A stretch of DNA of 64,000 bases from Porphyridium purpureum. Lineage: Eukaryota. Every line of letters starts with the position of its first letter. Within the stretch, counting starts at the first letter, position 1. This document shows, in pieces, positions 21,320 to 30,862 of the stretch. Where the stretch lies: contig VRMN01000011.1 of NCBI GenBank assembly GCA_008690995.1, positions 310,001 to 374,000 on the forward strand, read 5' to 3'. Made by a program: the position numbers and the translations under genes. A model generated the notes under the pieces. The model made no database searches. It was not told the origin of the DNA and worked only from the letters and a program-made list of their open reading frames with translations.

Positions 21320-24300
21320 CTACTTCACAAGCTGGCCTTTCTTGTCATTTGGTCTCGCAGGCGAAGAGGCCCCACTGCTGAGAACATCAAGGTCATCAAC
21401 GAAGAAGTCATCGCCTGCAAAATCCTCTGTCAAGCTGCTTCGGTCATCCGCATCGGTGGGCAGGTCGTCCGACATCTCAGCTGCCACTGACTCCCACCAG
21501 TCTGCATCCACGCCACCATGCTGCGCTTGTCCTGCAGATGATCGTCGCTTTAACATCTGCTGCTCGAGATCTGCTGAGCTCACGCGAGCAAACGTGTCCT
21601 CTCCAACTGGGCGCGCCACGCCTGGGTGTTGCAGAGACTCGGTCAGTATGGAAAGTTCCGATCCGTGAGGTCCGCCGTTGGAGTGGGCATCCTTTGCGCG
21701 TTTTTCCTTTTCCTTTTCTTCAAGCAGAGCGTCAAGCTCATCTCGCCCCAAAAGACGCTGCTTGGGGATCCGGACTTCTAAGACAGGAGGAATCGGCTCC
21801 TCGCACTCCGCAATGTATTCTTCACTCTCGCTACCATCCGAACTCTCCGACTCTTCCGTGTTATGACGGTGCTGCTGCTTTTTCTTCTTCTTCTTCTTCT
21901 TCCCCTGAGCGAGCGGTTTCTGATACACATCTACCATCACGTTGCCTTCGACGTCGACACTCACGGTCAACAGCACACGTACTGTGCCACGCTTGACCTT
22001 GTCGCGCCACGGAACCGTATCGTTGAAAAGTAAGCGCGGCTTGTCCAATGTCTTCTGTGAAAGATCGGCATCGATCGGTACGCTTTTGAAATCACCTTCA
22101 AGAATTCGGATCGACATCGCGAGCTGGTCAGTTTCACAGTTCGTGAAAAACAGGTGGCGTGGAGCGACCGGCAGAGGCGCCGCTCCCTCCACCAAGCGAA
22201 GAATACGGCGACCCGTGATTTCAATCCCAATGGGTGCCACAGTGCGCGGAACATCATTTTCCTCTTCCTTTTCTTTGCCATTGAGGCCTTCCAAAGGGGT
22301 ACCGTCCATGGAAATAAGCCCAAGCTCTAGTGTCGGTAAATTTGCTGCTGACGTTGATGCTTCCACATCCAAGCTTTTGGTATTCTTGACTGCAGGACTC
22401 GACGCGCTAGCGGCTCGGGCAAATTCTCGCAGAGCCTCGTCCTCATCGACATGCAATTCAAAGTCACCTTCATCTGTACAGTCTTGGTCACCTCCAGACA
22501 TCAAATTCTGCACATGTACTTTGTGCTCCTCGTTCGCCCCTGCATTGAGCCCTTTTGAAGCCGTGTCATCCCACGCATCAAGACCGCGCGGGACCGCGCG
22601 AGAGACAGAGGAGTTTGATGTGGAAGTCCCTTTCCCGCCACCAGATGATGACCCTGTTTTGGACGAGCGTTTCTTTGTCATCCAAGAAAACTTGGATTTC
22701 TTTGCCTTCTCGCCATGACCGTCCGTTGAGATCCCTGCACTGCCACCGGTCTTCTTTTCACCAGTCGAAGACAAAGCTTTCTGATTACTAAGTCCGTCCT
22801 TCTCGACTTCCTCCAGCGTTTCCATTTCGCCAAACTCATCGCCATCTTCATCGTCATCATCCATGCCGATACCTCCCTGTGCAGCCACCTTTTCCGCATC
22901 GCTGGCAGGATCTGAGGTTTCAGCGGATCTGCGCTTCTTTAGAGGCGCTGGCGGCATGCAGATGTAACCGGAGCCCAGCCCTGCAGCCTTTGAAACAACA
23001 GGCAGCGCCTCGCACAAGTCACGGTGCCCAAAGCAGCCGAGGTACGTCATGTTGAGATTTTCAACTTGCGGCACTTTCACGCGGGTGAGACCTGCCACGC
23101 TCGCGCCATGAGCTAAACCCCGGTGAAAAAAGGCTAGCGCCCAGTCTGATGCGCAGAAGCAGTTGACCAACCGATTTGCGACAATGGAGCGGATGTTGCG
23201 CCACTGATCAACATCTGCGGACACAGGTGCGCCCAGAAGAAAAGCCGAATCGATAATGCCATGCAGTGACCGCGCCGCCAGAGATGCGAGGCACTTGAAC
23301 ACCACTCGGGCGCCCAGCGAGTAACCAATCAGCGTCACGGGTCGCTGACCATACGTGCGCTCTGCCAGAATTGCAGCCAGCTCCTCGCCCGCTCCGTTTG
23401 CTCGCGTGACCAGAATTGACCAAGGGTTGTCAATATAGTCCATCGCGGAAATCAACGTAAGCGGAAACGCAATGGCAGCCGCCACCGCTCCCGCTGCTCC
23501 ACTGGCTGCGGCTAGCACATGCGGATAGGTCTGCTGAATGGTCGATACTGTTCCTTTCGACGCCCAGAATTTCGCAAAGGCTCGCGCCATTTCTTTCAAA
23601 CGATGCGTTTCCCAGCGCAATGCAATACCTTCCGCACACGGAAGATTATGTTGCAAGAGAAGTTCAAACTGGCCGATGCATTTTCCGTAAGCACGGCTGG
23701 TCAGCCAGCCCGGTACACAAAGGCATATGTGCAAAGACGGGAGTGGTGGCATGTTTTCCACCGCCGCAGCAAGTTCATTCTTTTCAATTCGTCGACGCGC
23801 TCGCTTGCTCCGCTTTCCGAACGCATTGTCCTGTCCTTCGTACTTTTTCAATGTTTCCTCATCAAATTTACCGTCGCCGTTCTTTCCTTTCTTGCGTTGC
23901 CGCCGGCGTTGGCGACGCTCTTCTTGCCTCCTTTGCACACTCACGCGCGGGTCGTTTCTGCGCTCAAAGTCAAAGTCCGAAACTTTGGACTTTGTCCGCC
24001 TTCGCGCCTTATTACCTGCAAGCGCAATACCCCCAACTCCAAACAAAGAGCCCACCACGGCACCTGACGCAACAGTTCCAGTAGCTGCTAGCCCCGCGGC
24101 CCCAATCACTCCGATGCCGGCCAGAGACGCCAGCAACGCCGGCGCGATCAATCCGCCCGTCACTCCGAACAAAACCCCACCCACCAGCGCAATACCAGAA
24201 ATTTTCGCTGCCCGAATGTAGCGCTGCTTCTTTTTCCTTTTCTTGAGCACAAGACGCTTTTCCTCCTCTGTGAGATTCACACCATCCATTTCAACAGCCT

Positions 24301-25813
24301 CCGCTGGTGACAGAGGCGGCAAATCGTCCATAGCAAGGGTGCGTGCGGTTTCGACCAGATGAATGGCAAGCGCAAGTTCGACCGCCGCGATCTGAGTGAG
24401 CGGAATTTTTAGCGTCTCGCACAAGTACAGAACAAATGCGCGTGCGCGCGCGTCATACGAGCCGCCTTGGATCGTGCCAACCAGCACGGCTTGCGCCGCG
24501 ATAAACCGACTGCCTTCTTCACCCAGCAAATCATAACACTCTTGTATGATGCGCAAATCCAGCGCCAGCCGCTCTGCGCTTGCGGCCTTTCTGGCTGCTA
24601 GCACCGAAGAAGCATCTGTAGATGACGTGATAATCTCGACGCGAGCCGTGGAAACAAATTCGCCACCAGGCCCGCTCACCAAAAATTCTTCCATCTGTGC
24701 CGCAAGCACGCTCTTCTGTCCGTCAGAAAGATTCAACGCTACCAAAATACCCTGAAAAATGTTATCAATCAAATGACGGAAGGATTCGCGGACGCCGCGG
24801 ATGTCATCGACGATCCTCGCATCCATGCGGCGAATCAGCGCCAGGCACAAAACTGCAAGGCCGAATTTTTGCTCCTCATTCAAACTCTGCAGCGCAGATA
24901 TGAGCTGTTGGTCAACACTCCGCTCTTGTCTCGCTCGCGTAGAATCAGCCTGCGCACGGCCGATGTTTACACCGCTACCATTCAAGCTTGGGGTGCTCCG
25001 CGCCTGGCTGGGTGTCCGCTCCGCAACTTCCCACCAGGCGGTCTCATCTATTTGCGCGTTTTCGGTGCCCGCAAGGAATGCATTTACATTCTGATTTGAT
25101 CCGAAGCGGCCCAGGTCTGGATAGCTTTGGACCTGCTTCGAGTTTTCGAACGCGTCGAACACAGCGCTAAGCCCTTCAAATTCATTGTCTGCAGGCACGA
25201 GCTCACTGTTTTCTGCCTCATCCCACCAATCTTCCTCCTGTTCTCCTTCATCTACTTTTGCATACACCTGATACTCTGCGTGTGTCGCGCTCGAAGCCGG
25301 CCCTGCAACATCTATTCCAACTAACCCTGCCGGCTGGGTCTGACACGACCGACTCCTATCGGCATTCTGACGCACTGGAGTCACGTATTTAGCTTCCTGA
25401 CTCTGACTTGCTGGCCCTCTGTCGAGCTGCGTGCTCCCGCCAGCCGGTGCGTCCGACCGGAAACGGTGGACTGTCAATCCGGCGGAAGCTTTCCCGCGCT
25501 GGTCAAGCCTCGGTCCTGTTCCGTCTAATCTTTTCTCCTCCAGCATCACTCGACCATCCGAGCTCGAATCCGCACGCCTCGCCACCTCGGCATCTATGCT
25601 GACCTCTGCTTGCGCCTGCGTCTGTGCCGGAGGGCACAGTATCTGACGGCCCACCTTCTCATTCTCCTGACTCCCGACCGGAGTACCATCCTCTTGGAAC
25701 AGGAAATTGATTAGCTCCTCTGTGGAGCACTGCTGTTCCGCAGCCCGCTGTGCCGTCTGGTGCGCCGATTCTTGTACAGACATCCTGCCACCGGCATCCT
25801 TCTGACCCTCCAT
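21320..25813 (-). CDS. DUF726 (TMCO4/Mil1-like) membrane protein with a C-terminal Hsp70-SBD-like region
   Basis: YDARAR, GGVLFGVTGGLIAP TM block, IDNPWS, RPVTLIGYSLGARV, LLGAPV, SDWAL; first ATG at 25813 (ORF-track extension runs into the LTR). Confidence 0.88.
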   Translation of the reverse strand: MEGQKDAGGRMSVQESAHQTAQRAAEQQCSTEELINFLFQEDGTPVGSQENEKVGRQILCPPAQTQAQAEVSIDAEVARRADSSSDGRVMLEEKRLDGTGPRLDQRGKASAGLTVHRFRSDAPAGGSTQLDRGPASQSQEAKYVTPVRQNADRSRSCQTQPAGLVGIDVAGPASSATHAEYQVYAKVDEGEQEEDWWDEAENSELVPADNEFEGLSAVFDAFENSKQVQSYPDLGRFGSNQNVNAFLAGTENAQIDETAWWEVAERTPSQARSTPSLNGSGVNIGRAQADSTRARQERSVDQQLISALQSLNEEQKFGLAVLCLALIRRMDARIVDDIRGVRESFRHLIDNIFQGILVALNLSDGQKSVLAAQMEEFLVSGPGGEFVSTARVEIITSSTDASSVLAARKAASAERLALDLRIIQECYDLLGEEGSRFIAAQAVLVGTIQGGSYDARARAFVLYLCETLKIPLTQIAAVELALAIHLVETARTLAMDDLPPLSPAEAVEMDGVNLTEEEKRLVLKKRKKKQRYIRAAKISGIALVGGVLFGVTGGLIAPALLASLAGIGVIGAAGLAATGTVASGAVVGSLFGVGGIALAGNKARRRTKSKVSDFDFERRNDPRVSVQRRQEERRQRRRQRKKGKNGDGKFDEETLKKYEGQDNAFGKRSKRARRRIEKNELAAAVENMPPLPSLHICLCVPGWLTSRAYGKCIGQFELLLQHNLPCAEGIALRWETHRLKEMARAFAKFWASKGTVSTIQQTYPHVLAAASGAAGAVAAAIAFPLTLISAMDYIDNPWSILVTRANGAGEELAAILAERTYGQRPVTLIGYSLGARVVFKCLASLAARSLHGIIDSAFLLGAPVSADVDQWRNIRSIVANRLVNCFCASDWALAFFHRGLAHGASVAGLTRVKVPQVENLNMTYLGCFGHRDLCEALPVVSKAAGLGSGYICMPPAPLKKRRSAETSDPASDAEKVAAQGGIGMDDDDEDGDEFGEMETLEEVEKDGLSNQKALSSTGEKKTGGSAGISTDGHGEKAKKSKFSWMTKKRSSKTGSSSGGGKGTSTSNSSVSRAVPRGLDAWDDTASKGLNAGANEEHKVHVQNLMSGGDQDCTDEGDFELHVDEDEALREFARAASASSPAVKNTKSLDVEASTSAANLPTLELGLISMDGTPLEGLNGKEKEEENDVPRTVAPIGIEITGRRILRLVEGAAPLPVAPRHLFFTNCETDQLAMSIRILEGDFKSVPIDADLSQKTLDKPRLLFNDTVPWRDKVKRGTVRVLLTVSVDVEGNVMVDVYQKPLAQGKKKKKKKKQQHRHNTEESESSDGSESEEYIAECEEPIPPVLEVRIPKQRLLGRDELDALLEEKEKEKRAKDAHSNGGPHGSELSILTESLQHPGVARPVGEDTFARVSSADLEQQMLKRRSSAGQAQHGGVDADWWESVAAEMSDDLPTDADDRSSLTEDFAGDDFFVDDLDVLSSGASSPARPNDKKGQLVK

Positions 25814-25898
25814 GTCCCGCGCACCCGTGCAGCTCCACACCACCACCCGCAAGTCGCGCCCCGCGCGGTACTCACTGTACCCCTTCCCCAAACGAAGC

Positions 25899-26695
25899 CT
25901 TGGAATTTCTCCCTTTCTGCTTTGTAACCGAATCAACAAAACCGGACCGCTTCACCGATAACAGGAACTGGAAACCGCCACACCCCGGAAACTGACAAAC
26001 CGACGACGAACCGACACACCGAAACGAACGGAAGGACAAGCAGGACAATCAGAGAAAAGTGGCTAGAAAGGAAGAGAGGACAGAAAATTCAACTTATAGG
26101 GGACTACGAGAGGGAGTGGACCGGTCTTGACAAGTGAAGGGTGATGGAAGGTACGTTTAAACCCCAGCTGCCTTTTTAAAAACACTCCAGACCGATATCC
26201 GCTCGCACAACACGCTAGCGTGCCTCTCCCGCAAATCCAACCCAAGTCTTCCAACGACTGCCTCAATCCAACTAACCAATTCTCTTTTTATTCTATTTGC
26301 CCTTACCTCTTCTTCTACCTTGACCTGGAAATTCCTGGGAACCAGCTTGCCCCTTCGTCCTTTTATACCCTTCGTCCTTGCTCTTTCCAGCAAGGACGGG
26401 AGAACAAATTTCTCCAACAGGACGAATTTCCACCACAGGTTTTGATTCGTTCCACAACTCGCAACCACAGCCGGCCACGTATCCGAAAAATGGCCGGGAA
26501 GGCGCGTCAAGAACGAATCCAGAAGCTTCGGCCGGCCTTTGACCTTTGCACAAGGTCACACAAAACGACAATGACAAACATTTCGCAGGTCCGAGATCAT
26601 CACGCTTCTCGAACAATCTTTCATCATAGAACTTTCTAGGGTTTTGTACTCAAAACCCTACGGCGTCTCTCGGGGCGGAACCCTAAAATTCCACG
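25899..26695 (-). repeat. 3' LTR of copy B
   Basis: Direct repeat of 30863-31659. Confidence 0.95.
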
Positions 26696-29600
26696 CTCCT
26701 CCTTCCGGTCTGAGGGACGCGTAACTTCTCCCAGCACTTAATGTGGCCCTCCGGAAATAAGGCCTTGGTCATTAAGTCCGCCACATTTTCGTCCGTCTTC
26801 ACAAATGCCAGTTTCACAAGTTTCTGCTTTTCGCACACCTGATGCAACCAGGCCAAATCTGTTGCTCGGGTTATCGCCATATGATGCAACTTTGGCGAGT
26901 ACCCCATCTCTATTGCTCGCATCACAGCTTGATTGTCACACATCAAAATCACCGAGAACTCTCCGTCACGTATACTTCGCAAGAAAGACAATGCAGGAAA
27001 CAACGAGAGTTGCACAGTTTCCTCTAGGGCAGCCAACTCCGACTCTGAAGTCGACGAGCTCACGAAACGCTGCTTTCTCGAAGACCAATCCACTAGGTAC
27101 TTGTAATCTCCAGCAACTAAGTACGTTGCTCTTCCAGAAGTCGACACACGACTCTCTGGACAACCAGCAAAGTCAGCATCCGTGTATCCAAGAATGTTCA
27201 CCCCTCTGATGCCTTCCTTGAGATTCCCCAACACGTGATACTCCAATGCTTCCCGAGGTGTTTTCAAATACTGCACGACTCGTACGAGCAGCCTTTCTGC
27301 TGCCACATTCCACTTGTCAACGTACCGGGCAATCATACCGACTGCATACGCAATATCAGGTCGAACCGTTCTGGCGAGCCACATCAGCCTCCCGACGTGT
27401 TCTCTTACTTTCAAAGTCTTCCAGATGACTTGATAATTCAGAACTTCCTCGCCATCTAGCTTCTCAGATGGTGACTTCACGGCACGCAATACGCGTCTAA
27501 TATCCTGCTCAAATTCCCGAATGACCACATCTTGATACTCTTGATTCGCCAAACTCACGCTCCCATTTTTGAGGGAAATGCTCGTCCCCAGGAATCTCAA
27601 GGATCCTCCTTCCGTCAATAGTTCTGGTGCTTTTTCTATGAGAAACTCTTGTTTCAATTCTTCGATGATTCCTGGGCGTTCCTCCTCTCGACAGGCTAAT
27701 AGACCATCATCCACGTACAGAGCCAACAACGCAACTGACGAACTTGCAGCATTTCTCCGGACGTACACATTCTTTTCACCATGCACGAGCTTCCACTGGA
27801 ACTTTTGCAATCTCCTCCGAGCATCTTGTGAGAAATCCGAGCCGCTCCTGGGCAAGCCATACAGCGCCTTTCTCAGCCTGACTACTGTGTCTTTTGAATC
27901 ACAAATTTCACGCGGTAAGTATGCAAACGTAGGTGGCCCAGACAGGTCCGCATGGAGGTATGCCGAGCTGATGTCGAAACTAACAATCTGAAGGCCCAGA
28001 ATTGCAGCCACAGCTATTATCATTCGGATAGCTGACAAACCAGCAGGCGTCTCATAATCAAAAATGTCATTCGTCGCAGCTCCATCGGACCCCCATATCC
28101 TGTTTCCCCCGGCCACCAAGCGGCACTTCACCTTGCGAAATTCTTCCGGCATCTCAGCAAATTTCAGACCGAAAATGAAATGTGTGCGTACGAAACGAGC
28201 ACCAGGTTGCCTCCGGGCCTCCTCCAGCGTCAAGGGACTCTCATCCCATACCCCAAATTTCAGCATGGATTTGACTTCTTTTTCCATCGCGGCTCGTCCT
28301 TGCTCAGACGCCAACGCCGCTCCAGTTTTCAGCAAAGTCGTTAAGTTCAACTGTGGGATCGTCACTGGACCACCCGTGCCTGCTGCCCGTTCTTCGTCAA
28401 CCACTCTCACTTTCAATGCCTCGATCTCTTTCTCAAGCTCCGCTTCTCTAGCTCTGAGAGCATCGATACGACGATCCAAGTCCTGCACCGCTTCAACCGC
28501 GGATGGTTCGTCCACTTCTGGCAACTCTTCCTGCTGGCTCAGGCTCACCATCTCTCGTTCAATTCCCTTTAAAGGGAACTCATGGGTAAATGCCTTAAAA
28601 TCCTGAGTGCGAATTACTTTTGGGGTCTCACTCGTCCAGTCATCCCGAGGAAGCACCAAAATTGCCATCGGATGCTCTCCAACGCCGACGAGAATGCCAA
28701 CTTTTCCTCGCGGTGCATACTTATTGTCAGGCTGATCATCTTTGTAGACCACCTTGCACCCGAATGGCAAACTAAGATTTCTCGGCGACCATTTTTCACC
28801 ATGTCGTAATTCAAACGGCGTCTTTCCAGACTTCCTGCCCACGTGAAGTCTATTCGTCATGAACGCAAAATGCTGCGCGGCGTGCATGAACCAACGCTTC
28901 CCGAGTCCGGCCTGCACAAGATTCGCACGGATTCCCTGATTCAGCGTGTGGTGAAACCGCTCCTGTTCAGCATGACTGTTTGGCCTGTACGGAATCCCCA
29001 CCTCGTGCTTTATGAGGTGTTCACGCACCAGTCTCCCCACATCTCCCTTGAACTCATTCCCATCATCCGTTCGCAAAACCTTCGGCCATCCTCTCCCGGC
29101 TTGCACACTTTTCCAAGCGTCCGCAACCGCCGTGTGGGTTTTCGCACGTAGCCCCGCCAATGTCACCCATCCTGTGGCTCTGTCGATATGCGTCAAAATA
29201 AACTTTGAACCATCTACCGACTTCACATTTCGCCCAGGCTCCACCAAGTCAATTCCGACTTCATCATTGAATGACAATGCACTGACATCTTTCTCCAGCC
29301 TTCGGGCCGGGCGTCGCTTTATCTTCGCCACGACACACGTCTCACAGTCTCTTTGCATAGGCATGTGAGTCAACTCGTGTTCCGAAGCAGCCACGCTCTG
29401 ATTTTTCCCGTCAAGCTCGGGAACCACTTCTTCAACATTTTCCAACGTGCATATTTCCTTCCCCTCGGGCCTCGTTTCCATCAGTCCCTTCTGCCAATCA
29501 ATCTTAGGATTCACCATCTTGAGCCATTTCCACCCTAAGATGGCATCCATACGAATGGGACCGATATAAAACTCGACGTTCCCTATCCAGAAACCGAGGT

Positions 29601-29847
29601 CCACCGCAAGCACAATGGGGCCGTGCACCTTCATTCTCTGTCCTCCCGCAAGCTCGACCATGCATTCATCGCAACTGGACTTTACGCTTGCGTCCAAGAA
29701 TCGGGACCCCAGGAAATTATGCGACGCTCCACTGTCAATCAAGAAGTCGATTTTTGAACCACTCACTTTCCCATGTTTGTAGAAGAGCCTTGACCTCGCA
29801 CCCTCGTGCGCAACACCTTCCACAACACCCATTACAGGAGGCTCCAT
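26683..29847 (-). CDS. pol: Pol polyprotein PR-IN-RT-RNaseH, probably expressed as Gag-Pol by a -1 frameshift near 29889
   Basis: LIDSGASHNF protease; HELTH..C..C zinc finger; GIDL, RTDDGNEF, EQER integrase; DISSAYL, LRKALYGL, YVDD RT; TDADFAG, ADLMTK RNase H. Confidence 0.96.
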   Translation of the reverse strand: MEPPVMGVVEGVAHEGARSRLFYKHGKVSGSKIDFLIDSGASHNFLGSRFLDASVKSSCDECMVELAGGQRMKVHGPIVLAVDLGFWIGNVEFYIGPIRMDAILGWKWLKMVNPKIDWQKGLMETRPEGKEICTLENVEEVVPELDGKNQSVAASEHELTHMPMQRDCETCVVAKIKRRPARRLEKDVSALSFNDEVGIDLVEPGRNVKSVDGSKFILTHIDRATGWVTLAGLRAKTHTAVADAWKSVQAGRGWPKVLRTDDGNEFKGDVGRLVREHLIKHEVGIPYRPNSHAEQERFHHTLNQGIRANLVQAGLGKRWFMHAAQHFAFMTNRLHVGRKSGKTPFELRHGEKWSPRNLSLPFGCKVVYKDDQPDNKYAPRGKVGILVGVGEHPMAILVLPRDDWTSETPKVIRTQDFKAFTHEFPLKGIEREMVSLSQQEELPEVDEPSAVEAVQDLDRRIDALRAREAELEKEIEALKVRVVDEERAAGTGGPVTIPQLNLTTLLKTGAALASEQGRAAMEKEVKSMLKFGVWDESPLTLEEARRQPGARFVRTHFIFGLKFAEMPEEFRKVKCRLVAGGNRIWGSDGAATNDIFDYETPAGLSAIRMIIAVAAILGLQIVSFDISSAYLHADLSGPPTFAYLPREICDSKDTVVRLRKALYGLPRSGSDFSQDARRRLQKFQWKLVHGEKNVYVRRNAASSSVALLALYVDDGLLACREEERPGIIEELKQEFLIEKAPELLTEGGSLRFLGTSISLKNGSVSLANQEYQDVVIREFEQDIRRVLRAVKSPSEKLDGEEVLNYQVIWKTLKVREHVGRLMWLARTVRPDIAYAVGMIARYVDKWNVAAERLLVRVVQYLKTPREALEYHVLGNLKEGIRGVNILGYTDADFAGCPESRVSTSGRATYLVAGDYKYLVDWSSRKQRFVSSSTSESELAALEETVQLSLFPALSFLRSIRDGEFSVILMCDNQAVMRAIEMGYSPKLHHMAITRATDLAWLHQVCEKQKLVKLAFVKTDENVADLMTKALFPEGHIKCWEKLRVPQTGRRSVEF
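26696..26706 (-). other. Polypurine tract of copy B
   Basis: GGAAGGAGGAG on the minus strand abutting the 3' LTR. Confidence 0.85.
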
Positions 29848-29895
29848 TCCCCTCGAGATCTCCTCCTGTCTTGGCTCTCGAGGTCTTAGTTTTCC
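29834..29895 (-). promoter_or_regulatory. Predicted -1 ribosomal frameshift signal (slippery site plus pseudoknot)
   Basis: G_GAA_AAC just before the gag TAA; 5-nt spacer; stems CCTCGAGA/TCTCGAGG and ACAGGAGG/CCTCCTGT; pol is in the -1 frame and open through the site. Confidence 0.75.
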
Positions 29896-30833
29896 GGCTC
29901 TGGCGGACCACCTGCCAAGCGCTCCTTCAATTTAGGGCATTTGGGCTTAATGTGTCCACGTTCTCCACAATGGTAACACTTCACTTTGGTCTTGCCAGAC
30001 TTCCGCTTGTCCATGGCTCCCAAATCCATTGGTGCGCTACCAGAATGCGACGAGAACGCCCTGCTATGAGTCGATGACGAGTTCTTGATCACTTGACTCA
30101 TATCTCCTCCGAACTTTGCAACCTGCTCAGCTGCCAACGCAACTTTCAGTGATTCTTCCAAGGTCCTTGTGTCCTGACGGGCCACCTCAATACGCAGTTT
30201 CTCCTTCAAGCCCAGCGTGAAGATGGTGTTCAGTTCTGCATCTGTCACATCTTCAACTGATAACGCTGTCATCCTGAGATTCTGCTCAAATTCTGCGACC
30301 GTCATTTTCCCTTGCTTCAACTGATACAGATTGGTGCGCGCTGTCAAATGCGCCTGCGGCGGCTCAAACGCTGTGCGCACGAAGTTTGCGAACGCATCCC
30401 ATCCGGCCTCTGCAAGGCCCTTTCTCTGCTCCTCCGGACGAGCTGCCCAAAGCAGCGCTGCGTCCCTCTCGAAAAAGCGACTTGCAACAATCACTTTCTG
30501 CGAGTCCAAAGCATCTGCGGGCATGCAGATATCCAGGTCGCTCTTCATTCGCATCAGCCATTCATTGACAACGAGCTTGTCACGCTGACCATCAAACTTT
30601 CTCAAACTGCGCCCAATTAACGCGGCCATGGCACGATCGTTGTCACCAGACCCAGACGCCACGGTCTGCTGGCGCAACAAAACATGCATCATTTCATGGA
30701 GGTTACGATTCGCTTCCTGCACTTGTGCCATCATCATCTCCTGTCCCGCAATGCGCGCATGCAGCTGATTAGCTGCCTCAATCCATGCCGCATTCTCCTG
30801 CGGGACATTCATTTCCATTTCATGGCTTTCCAT
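29886..30833 (-). CDS. gag: Gag (Retrotrans_gag-like capsid plus CCHC zinc knuckle)
   Basis: KFDG..EWL, A..W, LKQG.MTV.EF, F..GLK, APMDLG, CYHCGERGHIKPKC; first ATG at 30833. Confidence 0.93.
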   Translation of the reverse strand: MESHEMEMNVPQENAAWIEAANQLHARIAGQEMMMAQVQEANRNLHEMMHVLLRQQTVASGSGDNDRAMAALIGRSLRKFDGQRDKLVVNEWLMRMKSDLDICMPADALDSQKVIVASRFFERDAALLWAARPEEQRKGLAEAGWDAFANFVRTAFEPPQAHLTARTNLYQLKQGKMTVAEFEQNLRMTALSVEDVTDAELNTIFTLGLKEKLRIEVARQDTRTLEESLKVALAAEQVAKFGGDMSQVIKNSSSTHSRAFSSHSGSAPMDLGAMDKRKSGKTKVKCYHCGERGHIKPKCPKLKERLAGGPPEPEN

Positions 30834-30844
30834 TTTCTCCAAAC

Positions 30845-30862
30845 AACCGGGCGATGATACCA
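30845..30862 (-). other. Primer binding site (probably initiator tRNA-Met)
   Basis: TGGTATCATCGCCCGGTT directly after the 5' LTR; resembles the TGGTATCA- iMet PBS. Confidence 0.8.

Noticed and set aside
25814..25939. N-terminal extension of the 1539-aa ORF into the LTR, suggesting a fusion protein
   Set aside because: It begins at a non-ATG codon in the LTR; the first ATG is at 25813
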